A stretch of DNA of 63,967 nucleotides, counting the filler. It is 11 parts of 11 records of this genome, joined end to end, with 100 filler letters (N's around TTAATTAATTAA, not from the genome) between each part and the next. Parts side by side here need not be neighbours in the genome. Positions count along the whole stretch, not along the records: positions 34,321 to 43,285 come from SRR7504441_2874; positions 43,386 to 46,706 come from SRR7504441_2883; positions 46,807 to 59,907 come from SRR7504441_2888; 8 more parts are not named here. One strand, given 5' to 3'. Shown here one piece after another: positions 36,476 to 46,820 of this stretch. The translations under genes were made by a program, and so were the position numbers. Positions within the stretch are counted from its first letter, which is position 1. Every line of letters starts with the position of its first letter. The notes beneath the pieces are model-generated. The model was given only the letters and a program-made list of their open reading frames with translations, was not told the origin of the DNA and searched no databases.

Positions 36476-37303
36476 TGCGTCGCCCCATGCTACGCCTGCG
36501 GAGGGTGCAAAGGCAACAGCAAAGCCAGCGCTCCTCTCTGCCGGCCGGACCGTCAGAGCGACCGCCGGCGACCGATTGCGGCCGCTGGCCCTGAACGTCC
36601 CCCCAGGGACAGCCGCCGGCACAGATCGGCCCGATTCACAGTTGGGGATTGTGACGGCTCAACGGCGCAGCTGCAGCGCGAGGGGGTGCCATCGGAGTCT
36701 AAACTCCTCCCGGTGCCGGATGAGATCCAGCTGAGTGGTTTCCGGTCGGCGGAGGCCAACGGACTGTACACGCGGCACTCGGTGCTGGTGAACGGCCAGT
36801 ACGCGTTCCGCGGCAACAGCCGGCGCGCCAGCGCCAGTGGGCACATGGTTACAGCGTACTGGTGCTGCCGGGTTGGAGGCTCCTGGTATTTGCAGTTGAC
36901 GGCCGACAAAGGCAAGCCAACAGGGTATGCTCGTACCAGTGGCATGCCGTGGGAGCCCAGCTCGGTCTGGGTGGAGAAGGCCAGCGTGATTCAAGGCTCT
37001 CGCACCATGGCACTCCAGCGAGATTGGGCGGCAGAATTGCGTTCGATGCTCGAGCTTTACGATGAGCTCGACACCGATCACCACAGCCAAGTGAGCAAGT
37101 CACAGCTCTGCGCGCGGCTCAGAGCGCAGAGTGAGCAGGTGAGTGCAGTGGGTCAGCTGCACGCCGCTGTGGCCGCTAACTGCGCCGATCCGGTTGGGCG
37201 GGCCTACTTTGAAGCCACCGTAGAAAGCTGGTTGGCCTCACGAGCCAAACATGGAGCCAAAAGCTCCCACCCAAAGAAAAGTCCAGCCCATCGAAGGGTA
37301 TAG
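36455..37303 (+). CDS. Unknown protein with a possible N-terminal acylation motif and an EF-hand-like loop
   Basis: Starts MGDCASLCVAPCYAC; contains LYDELDTDHHSQVSKSQL. The 3' end is uncertain. Confidence 0.5.
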   Translation: MGDCASLCVAPCYACGGCKGNSKASAPLCRPDRQSDRRRPIAAAGPERPPRDSRRHRSARFTVGDCDGSTAQLQREGVPSESKLLPVPDEIQLSGFRSAEANGLYTRHSVLVNGQYAFRGNSRRASASGHMVTAYWCCRVGGSWYLQLTADKGKPTGYARTSGMPWEPSSVWVEKASVIQGSRTMALQRDWAAELRSMLELYDELDTDHHSQVSKSQLCARLRAQSEQVSAVGQLHAAVAANCADPVGRAYFEATVESWLASRAKHGAKSSHPKKSPAHRRV

Positions 37304-37537
37304 ACGGGATGAGTGACGAGGAGCGGGCTGTCTTGCGAGGACTGACTGGAGAAGGCGGACCAGGGAGGCCCAGGCTTTAAGAACCGGCTGAATCAAATAA
37401 TTATTGTTGCATTGAACGAATTTTGAGGTTGAGTTTTTAGAGCGACTAAACGTGAGTTACGTGACAAACAGCGTTATTACTAGATGAAGGGGAAAACTCT
37501 GGAGAGAGCCGTGGGTTCATTGCAGGCTTAGACTACA

Positions 37538-38365
37538 CTATTGGCTGTCGTGCTCCCCTTGGGCGGTCGGGTCATCCTTGGCCTCACTCAGCTGTGAATT
37601 GGCGCTATCCATCAGCTGATCGAGCCGCTCCTCGCTCCCAAGCAGCTCCAGCAGCACCTCCCGGGCGTCGTCGCTCCGGACCTCGGTCTTGGCCAGGGTG
37701 ACTTCGTTCATCACGTTGCTCACAACGCTCCACGCAGCATGGAAGATAAAAGGCACATTAATAATAAAACACTTGCGCATGTTCTCTGGATAGTGCGCCT
37801 GCCCGATCGACAGCACCCGGCTGAGCATCTGGAGCGCGCCCACATTGCAGTGGCTCCAGGACAGCCCAGACATGTCGTAGACCTCTACCATCGCCTTCCA
37901 CTCCCGGCTCGGGGTGCCAGGCTTGTTGGTCTCGTTCTGGAGCGCGAGCCCGGCCTCCATCCACCACACGTAGAACGTGCACAGCTCCTGCTCCGACACC
38001 GCCTCCAGCAGCTTCCCGGGGTCGAGTCGGCCCACTGAAAAGACTTGCAACGGCGAGCCGTCACACGTGTGCCCGCCAAAGCTGCCAGGCCAGTGCGGAC
38101 GGACCTTGGCGAGCACTAGGTCGATCTCCGGGCTGCGCGGCGCGTCGTCCAGCGCGTGCTCCCGCCGGAAGTCGACCGTCTCACGGAACATGGCCGCCGC
38201 CTGCTCCGGGTCTGAGCCCCGGGCGAGTAGGAACCGCTCCAGGGCCCGCTGCTCCCCGCCGTAGGCCTCCAGGGTCCTAGGCATCGTGTCGCTATCGGTG
38301 AACAGGTCGGCCAGCAGCGTGCGCAAGGCAGCCCGCGCGCCAGCCAGCGGTTCTTCGTCATCCAT
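37538..38365 (-). CDS. CRAL-TRIO/Sec14 lipid-binding protein
   Basis: Motifs LERFLLARG..AAAMFRETVDFR, VYDMSGLS and QAHYPENMRKCFIINVPFIFHAAWSVV. Confidence 0.9.
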   Translation of the reverse strand: MDDEEPLAGARAALRTLLADLFTDSDTMPRTLEAYGGEQRALERFLLARGSDPEQAAAMFRETVDFRREHALDDAPRSPEIDLVLAKVRPHWPGSFGGHTCDGSPLQVFSVGRLDPGKLLEAVSEQELCTFYVWWMEAGLALQNETNKPGTPSREWKAMVEVYDMSGLSWSHCNVGALQMLSRVLSIGQAHYPENMRKCFIINVPFIFHAAWSVVSNVMNEVTLAKTEVRSDDAREVLLELLGSEERLDQLMDSANSQLSEAKDDPTAQGEHDSQ

Positions 38366-38432
38366 CGCCAGGCCGCGCTGGGAGATCTTGACCGGGTCGA
38401 GCCTGATAATCCGTTATTGTCAACACTCATCA

Positions 38433-40727
38433 ATGGCTGTCCTCCGAGCTGGGCTGTCTGGTCTGCTCCTGCTGCTGAGCTGCTGCCACAGGGCGGCGGC
38501 TGGGGCTTACTCGCCGTACAGCATCGCACAGACCGCCTTTGACCAGCTGCTCCCCGTCCTGGCCGCTCGACGTGCCCAGGGAGCCGACCGAGGCAACCAG
38601 ACCGATCGCTGGCGCATCCGGCAACAACAGGTGCGCACCGCGCTGAACCGGCTTTTTGCTCCGCTGCCGGGCGCGATGCCGGCCAGCCCCCCGCGCCGGG
38701 TGGACCGGGGGTCAGTTGACGGCGACGGTTTCTCTGTGCGCAAATTGCTGGTGGAGACCTTACCGGGCTACTGGGCCAGTGCTGCGCTATGGGTCCCTCC
38801 AAACGCAACCGAGGGAAGGGCCCCGGCCGTGCTATTCCCGTCGGGCCACTCGGCGAACGCCTTCCGCGAGGAGTCAGCGCAGCTCGTGGCTGCCAACTTG
38901 GCCCGGCGGGGGTTCTTTGTGCTAGGGTACGATCCCGTCGGGCAGGGCGAGCGCGACATGCTGCAGGACCTGGACGGAGGCGGGAGCGTGCCCAACGGGA
39001 GCGAGCACCACTCGCCGGCGTTCGAGCATGAGTACATGCAGCGGCAGTTGGGGCTTCTTGGGGTGAATGCCGCGAGCCTTTGGCTGAGAGACCTCACGAG
39101 GATGTTCGACCTTCTGCAAGATATCCCGCAAGTAGACCCGGCAAGAATGGGCGTGGCCGGCTGCTCCGGCGGCGGCGTGCAAGCCGCATATCTGGCGGCC
39201 ATGGACCCTCGCGTGGCGGCGGCCTCGATTGCGTGTTACATGTCCACGATCACCGTTGACTACGCGCCGTCACCCGAGGGCGGCGGCGGTCCTGCTGAGG
39301 GAGAGCAGCAATGGGGACCGTTCGTTGGCGCCAGGCCGGTGCTCGACAAGCCGGACCTGCTGGTGGCGCGGGCGCCCCGTCCGACGCAAATTTTACTCAC
39401 GACGCAAGACCAGTACTTCCCGCTCACAGGTGGAAAAGCGGCCATTGCAGACGCCTTGCCTGCGTTCACGGCGCTCGGTGGCAGTGCCGCTCTGTCGAGT
39501 GCGGTTGGGGTGAACAAACACGGCTACGTGAACAGCACTAGGCTGGCGCTGTACGATTTTATGATGCGAGAGCTTCAACAGACGGCCGACAAAGGCACTG
39601 AGTTCCAGCCACCGCAGTACTTCACATTCCATCAGATGCGGGTCACCTCCACCGGCAGCGTCGTAACAGCGCCCGAACTCAACGGCGGGGCCGGCTCGCT
39701 CACTGCCCACCAAGCCTATGTTCTGCCAATTGCACAGCAGGCACTCACAGGATTGGCACGTGCTCGTCAGGAGCCTTCGTTCACGCGTGATGTGGCTGCA
39801 CAGCTCGCAGATCGGATAGGCTACCGCTCGAGGTCGAATGTTACACCTGTCAAGCCCGCCAACGTGACCGAGCACTCGGCGGTTTATTTGCTCGCTGGCG
39901 AAGGCCGGTGCCAGGTGGCTCTTGAAGTGCTCAACTGTACAGGCGGTGCAGCCAGGGAGCAGGCGGTGTTGTATGTATCGAGGAAGGGATCTACCTTGCA
40001 GGACCCCAAGCCTGGCCAGCTGAGCTCGGCGGAGGCAGACCGGGTGGACGCACTCCGCGCGGATGGCTACACGGTGGTCCTGGTGGACGTCTGTGGATTC
40101 GGGAGCCTGGGTGACAAAGCAGGGGATGCTTTCGGGTTGTTCACGCTGCCGTCTTATGATTATCGCGTTCACTTGAGCGTGCCAGTAGATGTCGCCTTCA
40201 ATATGAATCGCTCTCTGGTCGGATACCATGCAGCAGACACGATCCAGGCTGCCCGGGCTGTGGCCACAGGCTTGCTAGTAGGGCAACCCCCGAGGCCTGT
40301 TGTTGCCACGATCAGCGCCAACGAAACTGCGGCTGCTGTGCTGAGCGCAGCTCTGATTGCCCAACACAGCGGTGCCTCGACGGACAGCCTTGGAGGTGTT
40401 GCAGTTCTTTCTTCGGTGGCTTCATGGGCAGATATTGCTCTATTGGCACGGTACGAGATGAGTTTCTATTACTCGTTTGTCTGGGGAATTCTTCAAGCCT
40501 TTGATCTCCCAGATCTGTGCGCTGCATTGACAGGGCCTGTCCTAATGGCTGCACCGCTGAATGCAAAGCAAGTGCAGCTGACTGCTGCAGAAGTCAATAG
40601 CACATTCAGCTTTGCTCGGCGGTCAAACCAAAAGCTTACCATGCAGACCAACCCCGATCCTTGGATGATAACTCAACAAGTTCTGAATTGGTTGTCCGAA
40701 GTTTCGTCCTCATTGGCCGCTCCTTAA
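38433..40727 (+). CDS. Secreted acetyl-xylan-esterase-like double alpha/beta hydrolase
   Basis: Signal peptide MAVLRAGLSGLLLLLSCC; motifs APAVLFPSGH, YDPVGQGER, VDPARMGVAGCSGGG and LVARAPRP; a second degenerate hydrolase half (VDVCGFG, FDLPDL). No introns. Confidence 0.8.
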   Translation: MAVLRAGLSGLLLLLSCCHRAAAGAYSPYSIAQTAFDQLLPVLAARRAQGADRGNQTDRWRIRQQQVRTALNRLFAPLPGAMPASPPRRVDRGSVDGDGFSVRKLLVETLPGYWASAALWVPPNATEGRAPAVLFPSGHSANAFREESAQLVAANLARRGFFVLGYDPVGQGERDMLQDLDGGGSVPNGSEHHSPAFEHEYMQRQLGLLGVNAASLWLRDLTRMFDLLQDIPQVDPARMGVAGCSGGGVQAAYLAAMDPRVAAASIACYMSTITVDYAPSPEGGGGPAEGEQQWGPFVGARPVLDKPDLLVARAPRPTQILLTTQDQYFPLTGGKAAIADALPAFTALGGSAALSSAVGVNKHGYVNSTRLALYDFMMRELQQTADKGTEFQPPQYFTFHQMRVTSTGSVVTAPELNGGAGSLTAHQAYVLPIAQQALTGLARARQEPSFTRDVAAQLADRIGYRSRSNVTPVKPANVTEHSAVYLLAGEGRCQVALEVLNCTGGAAREQAVLYVSRKGSTLQDPKPGQLSSAEADRVDALRADGYTVVLVDVCGFGSLGDKAGDAFGLFTLPSYDYRVHLSVPVDVAFNMNRSLVGYHAADTIQAARAVATGLLVGQPPRPVVATISANETAAAVLSAALIAQHSGASTDSLGGVAVLSSVASWADIALLARYEMSFYYSFVWGILQAFDLPDLCAALTGPVLMAAPLNAKQVQLTAAEVNSTFSFARRSNQKLTMQTNPDPWMITQQVLNWLSEVSSSLAAP

Positions 40728-40999
40728 AATCGCGCACATAAGAATCACAACAAAGCACGAGATCCGGTGCTTGGTTTAACCGCCACCCCGCCGCCGCCTG
40801 TGCATTCGTGCATTGTACTTGTTACCAAGTCTTAATTAACCAAGTCTTACTCGTACGAGTACAATCATGTACAACACTCATTCGAATGAATTTATTTAAT
40901 TTTGTCGTAGTGTACAAGTGGTCTTGTTGCTGTTTCTAAACGAGCCGTCAGACCGATCATCGATCCCACGCCGGGCTAGATCGATCTTAGAACGCCGCC

Positions 41000-41519
41000 T
41001 CAGTACAGTGGCCGTTGCAGCTGCTCATATCCGCCCGCCTGCCCCCCTCTGAGCCCCCCCCTTTGACACACAACCTCCAGGCTGTCTAGCGCTGTGCCCG
41101 CGCCATAGTAGCTGTACCAGCCCCAGGCATCCCACCCCTTCCCGCACCCCGCCGTCCGCCTTCGGCGGTTCTCCCGCTGCCCCCGCGGCGTCGGCGGCCG
41201 CCCCCATCCCTCCTACCCACCCGCCGCGCCAGCACCACCACCGCAGGCCGGCAGACCACGTCCAACGGCTCCTCAGGGCGGAGCACTCGCCCTGCCCCCC
41301 GCTCAGCCGCCCCGCCCCGCCCGGGACACCTCGGTGCACCAGCCGCTGCAGAGCCAACGGGCATGCCTGCCTCCGCTGAGCGGGCAGCCCGGCCAGGGCT
41401 CTCACCCCGCGCCGGTCGATTTCGTCCATGAGTTCGGCCACGGAGCCGAGCCCGGCGGTCGAGTAACGCTCGCCGTCCAGCTCGTCGTCGCCCGGGGTCC
41501 GGAGCACGATGGCTGCCAT
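41000..41519 (-). CDS. Small protein with an N-terminal ubiquitin-like domain (4 introns; missed by the ORF track)
   Basis: Removing introns 41367-41405 and 41292-41329 gives MAAIVLRT..SVAELMDEIDRRG|ACPLALQRLVHRG|RVLRPEEPL..VVVLARR, which resembles the ubiquitin pattern QRLIFxGKxL. Two further introns are inferred. Confidence 0.55.
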
Positions 41520-41677
41520 CCGCAGGGACCTCTGCCTGGTTTGGCGCGCCGCAGATAGATGAACGGCAGTCAGCACAAGTTCGTTCAACGACAAAGTCTA
41601 ACGGCACCGGCATTTTACGGGGCTACACCGTACTGCTCCCACCCGTGCGCCCTTGGCAACCGCGACACACTGCACAC

Positions 41678-43285
41678 ATGCACTCGCTCCGGACCGGTCT
41701 CACGCTGCTCGTGGCGCTGCTGGGCTGCACCCCGGCCGTCGGGGCCGGGCCGCATCTGATCCTGCTGGCCCTGGATGACATCGGATGGGCCGACGTGGGC
41801 TACCACGGCTCCGACTTCCCCACCCCCAACATCGATGGGCTGGCACGGTCCGGGCTGGAGCTCGACCGTATGTACGCCATGCCCCAATGCTCGCCCACGC
41901 GGGCCGCGCTGCTCACAGGACGGTACTCGTTCCACACCGGGATGCAGGCAAGCTGGCGCGGGGGCCGACTGTGTGAGCTCGGGTGTCAGCACTACACCAC
42001 CATTTTCCCCGGGGCTACCCCCGGGATCCCGATGGATGCGCCCACTGTGGCCGAGCTCCTGGGGAAGGCCGGGTATGACACCGCCATGGTCGGCAAGTGG
42101 TGAGCCCAGCAGGCTGTAGCCCGCCCGCTCAGAGGGTTCTCAGGCACCTGGGCTACTCGTCGTGGGCACAGACACCGACCAGGCGCGGGTTCGACTCTTA
42201 CCTCGGATACCTGCAAGGCCAGACCGACTACTACAACCGGACCCTTCCATCCTGCGGCAAGGCCCAGTGCCTATATAAGCAGAACAGCGGGTCGGCAATG
42301 CCAGCCACGGCCGGGCGGCAAGGCGAGGCTTACGACTTTTGGCGCGACGAGGCGCCTGCGTTCGACCTTTTTGGACAATACACGTCCGACACTTACGCGG
42401 ATCGGGTGGACACCTTGATTGAACAGCACGCCAACAGTAGCTCACCGCTGTTTCTTTACTACGCTGAGCAGCAGTTGCACATCCCGTTGGAGCTTCCGCC
42501 AGAACCGGAGCATCTGCGCAAATGCCGCGGCGTGACGGGCGGGTCTGCCGCCGTGAACCGAACTGTGCTGTGCGCGATGGCCTCCCGGCTGGATTCGTCT
42601 GTTGGCCGGCTCGTGGAGACGCTTAAGAGGACGGGCATGTGGCAGGACACGCTGATATGGGCGATCTCCGACAACGGGGGGATGACCCACTGGGGTGACG
42701 GGTTCCCGGCCTCGGCCTCTTCTAACTGGCCGCTCCGGGGAGGCAAGGCCACGCTGTTTGAGGGAGGAGTGCGGTCGGTATCTTTCATGGCCGGCGGAGC
42801 GCTACCTCAAGGGTTGCCCTCCAAGTATAATGGGTTGCTGCACGTATCTGACGTGCTGCCAACGCTGCTCCAGGCGGCCGGGGTGAGGCTCCCGGAGGAT
42901 GGCACGTTTGATGGGTCCAACGCCTGGCCGGCGCTGCTGGGTGAGGCTGGGGCTGTCAAGCGGACTGAAGTGCCGCTTAATATTGACACCAACGGAGGTT
43001 AGTGCTGCCATAAGTATGCCTGTCACCACTAGTGGGCCAGGTCTGAGCATGGTGCCGCATCTGGTCCCGCGGTCGGGCGATGCCAATGCCAACTTCTCTG
43101 CACTGATCACTTGGCCATGGAAATTGATTCTGGGCACCACCTGCAACCCGGGGATCCCTCACGCCGACGCTCTCATGGACGGGTGGTGGACGATCCGGAA
43201 CTACTCCCGGATCATGCCGCCAGCTGCCAGCGTCCCGGGCGGCCAGGCGCTGCTCTTCAACATCGAGGATGACCCCGAGGAGAGA
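41678..43285 (+). CDS. Secreted arylsulfatase (ARSB-like, formylglycine-dependent; 3'-partial)
   Basis: Motifs LALDDIGWADVGYHG, CSPTRAALLTGRY, GKW|HLG and SDNGG..SNWPLRGGK. Introns 41948-41989 (GC-AG), 42100-42143 and 42998-43040. Confidence 0.92.
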
Positions 43286-43385
43286 NNNNNNNNNNNNNNN
43301 NNNNNNNNNNNNNNNNNNNNNNNNNNNNNTTAATTAATTAANNNNNNNNNNNNNNNNNNNNNNNNNNNNNNNNNNNNNNNNNNNN

Positions 43386-46300
43386 TGTGTGCTAGCCGTC
43401 ACCATCGACGATTGGTACAGGCTGCGGAGCTGCTCGAGGTCAAATGGTCCTTGAGGTGAACCGTCTCCATCAACATAATGGTATTGAGCTGTCTGCTCAT
43501 GAACTTGAGATGCTGTGCGCTCATGAGCGGCGTGATGCTCAACCAGAGGGTCTGGTGGTTGCTCAGCTACTTCAGAAAGGACTTCAGGTGGTTGAAGAGA
43601 CGGCTGCGAAACCGGAGGAGAAACTGGTCGAGCTTCGGGTGCCTGATCCAACATGCGCTTTTGCTCCTTCAATGCATCAATTGCCACCTCTGCGCTCGGC
43701 AATGCTAGTGTAATGCTTTGCTCACTCTTCTTGATATGTTTAGTAATGTCTACAAGATCCTGATACTCTGCCTGGCACAGAGGTAAAAGTTGAGAGTGTG
43801 CAATTTCCACTTTTGTCTTTATATCGAGCATGTTCCTCAACCAGATGTCCTCTGGATGTGGGTCGTCAAACAAGCAAACCAAATCTGAGTCATTCTTATC
43901 TACTAGAGAACCGTTCTGCAGTTCCTCTTTCAGTTCCATACGCAGGATGGTTGCTTGATGCAGTTCATTCAGTATTGCTGAAACCTGCTCCATGTTTGCA
44001 GTGAGCTGATGAGAGCAGTTGTCGAGTAGATGAATATTATTCTTGCATTCGGCAACGCGTTCGGGAGTCGCCACAAAATTTTCATTCTTCACTTGGTCCT
44101 TCCACTCGTTCGACTTTTTGACCTGAGATTTGGCTTGCTCTTGGAGGTTAACTGACTGCAGCAACTGCTGCACTTGTGATGTGAACATGCTACATTTTGA
44201 TACGAGTTGATTTGCAGGTTCACCGGCTTTTTCCCATTTGTCTTTAAGATCTTTCAGCTTTCTTTCTGTTTTGCTTTGCTTCTCTGAAATTAAGTTCTGA
44301 TATTGCTGAATCAAGTCTGCTGCCTCATCTAAGGAGGTTTGTGCAGTCTGAACTTCGTGCTGATGTTCTTGTAATCTTGTATCAAGCTGATCAAAATCGA
44401 CCTGGAGCTTTGCACAAGCCTGATCATCAGCTTGAAGCTGTTGTTTGAGACATTCCAAATCATTTTGGGTGGCATCTGCTTGGTTCTGCAGCTTAGCCTG
44501 CCAATCGGCCAATTCTTCGATGAATGAACATTGAATGCCTTCAAGATACGGCTTTGAGTCTCGCATGAACTCACTGAGGTTCTGCTTGAGTTCGCAACTC
44601 ATACTGTCCACGTCAACCTGCAGTTCTGTGACTGCCTTGGTGGTTTTCTGGATCTCTCCACTCATCAACTCAATCTTACATGCGTCTTGTGTTGCATCGT
44701 ACCAGAGCTGTTTGTACTGCGCTTTGTCCACCAAAACAATGGAATGATAGATACGGTGTGCTGCGTTCTTCTGTTCCATAAGCTTGCAGCTAATATCATT
44801 TGCTCGGTTTGGAAGATCTTTTATGATTAAGCTCTGCGACTCCAAGCTTGACTTGACATCGTGAAAGTTTTCTGTAAGGCTGTTCGGCATGAGCACCTGC
44901 TGGCGTTTTTTGAGCCCAACAAATCTGAGATTTAGTGCATCCATGAGCATTTGAAACGTCTCGAAGAGAGATCGCTGATCTTGCTTCTTCTGCTCGAAAA
45001 CTTCATATTCTTCTTTCCGCGCCTGTTGACCCTTACGCCAAACCTCTAAGTTCTCCTCTGCTTGCTGTTCTCCATCTCTCAGTTTTAACAAAATTGACGA
45101 CAGATGTTCTTGCTGGTCATGTAGGGACACGGTTAGCGTGTTTAGCTCAGAATCCTCTTCTTTCAATAAATCCGCTTCTTCTCTAAGGTGCCCCGACAGA
45201 AGTTGCTGCCAGCGCGCCTGCAGATCCAACGCAAATGCATCACTGGGGTGCACATTTCCCAGCTCAACTCTCGAGTCGCATTCTGACACATATTTGTCAT
45301 TCTGCCCTTGGTCATTTCGATTCTGCTCAAAATGCAGCTGATAGATGGATTGACACTTATCAAGTGGGTCCTGTCTACACACCAACTCCTCAGCATTGTT
45401 GGACCACTTGTGCTTGATGATAGTTAGTTTGTCCAGTTCAGCCAACTCGTCTTCCTCCAAACACCGATCAAAATCGATAACAGACGCTTGCTGCTGCTGC
45501 TTTGTGAGCCTTTCTGCTGCTTTTGTCACCTCTGCTCGTAGCGCTTGATGTTCTTGCTGCCCTTGCTGTAGGCGATGCTCGAGCTTGCCACCAATGGCAT
45601 CGCACCACTGATCCACTTCCAGCTGAGTCTCTTTCATCTGAAGCCTGTCCTGTAGTCGTTCTGTTGCGCAAGACCTTCGCCATTCGCATGCCAATTCTGT
45701 ATCGTCGATCATACTGATGGCTGCAGACTCCTTTTCCTGGCGAAGCTGGGTTTCCGCCGCATGAGAGACGGCCTCCTTTTCGAGAAGAGCCTGCTCGATT
45801 TCTAGCGATTCCATGACTGTGTACACTTTAGCCTCATCTTCTGCATACAATTGCCCAAGATGCTGAACTTCCGTTAGCTGCTCCAAGAGCTGATTTTTTT
45901 CTACATTGAGAGAAGCGTCATTTGCAGACTGGAGCTCAGCCAACATTGCCCTCCGTGAGTCAAGCAGATTGCCACTCTCCATTGCACACCACGTTAAAAT
46001 CCAGAGAAGGACATCAGGAGGGACATCTGCCTCGTCTCGAGCCAAGGCTGCCTGCTGTGAATCGTGCTGTGCGGTGGCTTGGCGGAACAGTGCCGTGTCA
46101 CTCTCTAACGACGACTGCTGGTCTTTTACAACCTTGAAGACGTCATCTGCCACCTGAGACAGGGTGCGATCAGTACCAGCCTGGCCATCATCAGGGTACC
46201 TGCTTCTGCATGCTGTGTTGTTCACGACTTGGGGCCCTATCAAAGTGCAGCATCTGTACAGAGCCCTGCTGTTGTATCAAGCAGGCCTCTGCTTGCGCCA

Positions 46301-46706
46301 CTCGGATCTCACACTCCTCTATTCGATGTTTGGCAGGCGCTGGTGCCTCTTGGATTGTCTCCATTCTTTCTTTGTGACGCTCAAGTTGGGCATCAAGCTG
46401 CTTCGAGATCTGATGAAACTGCTGCATTCGTGTCTCGTGATCAACTTTATGTCGCTCAAGAGTACCAATGCATTGATCCAGCTGCGTCTTCTCTAAAATA
46501 TAGCAAAGGTATAGAGGCAATGCGCTTAATACATCTATGGCACTTGCAAGTTCTTCTGGAATGCGCATCTCCTTGGCGAGTGCCACGTATTCAGTAGTAC
46601 ACAGCCAGGCCTTTAGTACCTCGTTGTGCTGAAGCTTTGGGTGACAAATGAGACCATTGAGGTATTGCTGCAACTGAATTCGCCGTTGCTCCCTGAACTT
46701 TTCGTT
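43386..46706 (-). CDS. PX-domain end, long coiled coil and GYF-like domain (partial at both ends)
   Basis: NEKFREQRRIQLQQYLNGLICHPKL..VLKAWL matches the PX C-terminal helices. A 46-nt intron gives QKQ|VADD. The heptad-rich middle is followed by YHYVDGDGSPQGPFDLEQLRSLYQS (GYF-like). Confidence 0.65.
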
Positions 46707-46820
46707 NNNNNNNNNNNNNNNNNNNNNNNNNNNNNNNNNNNNNNNNNNNNTTAATTAATTAANNNNNNNNNNNNNNNNNNNNNNNNNNNNNNNNNNNNNN
46801 NNNNNNGGGGGGGGGGGCAG

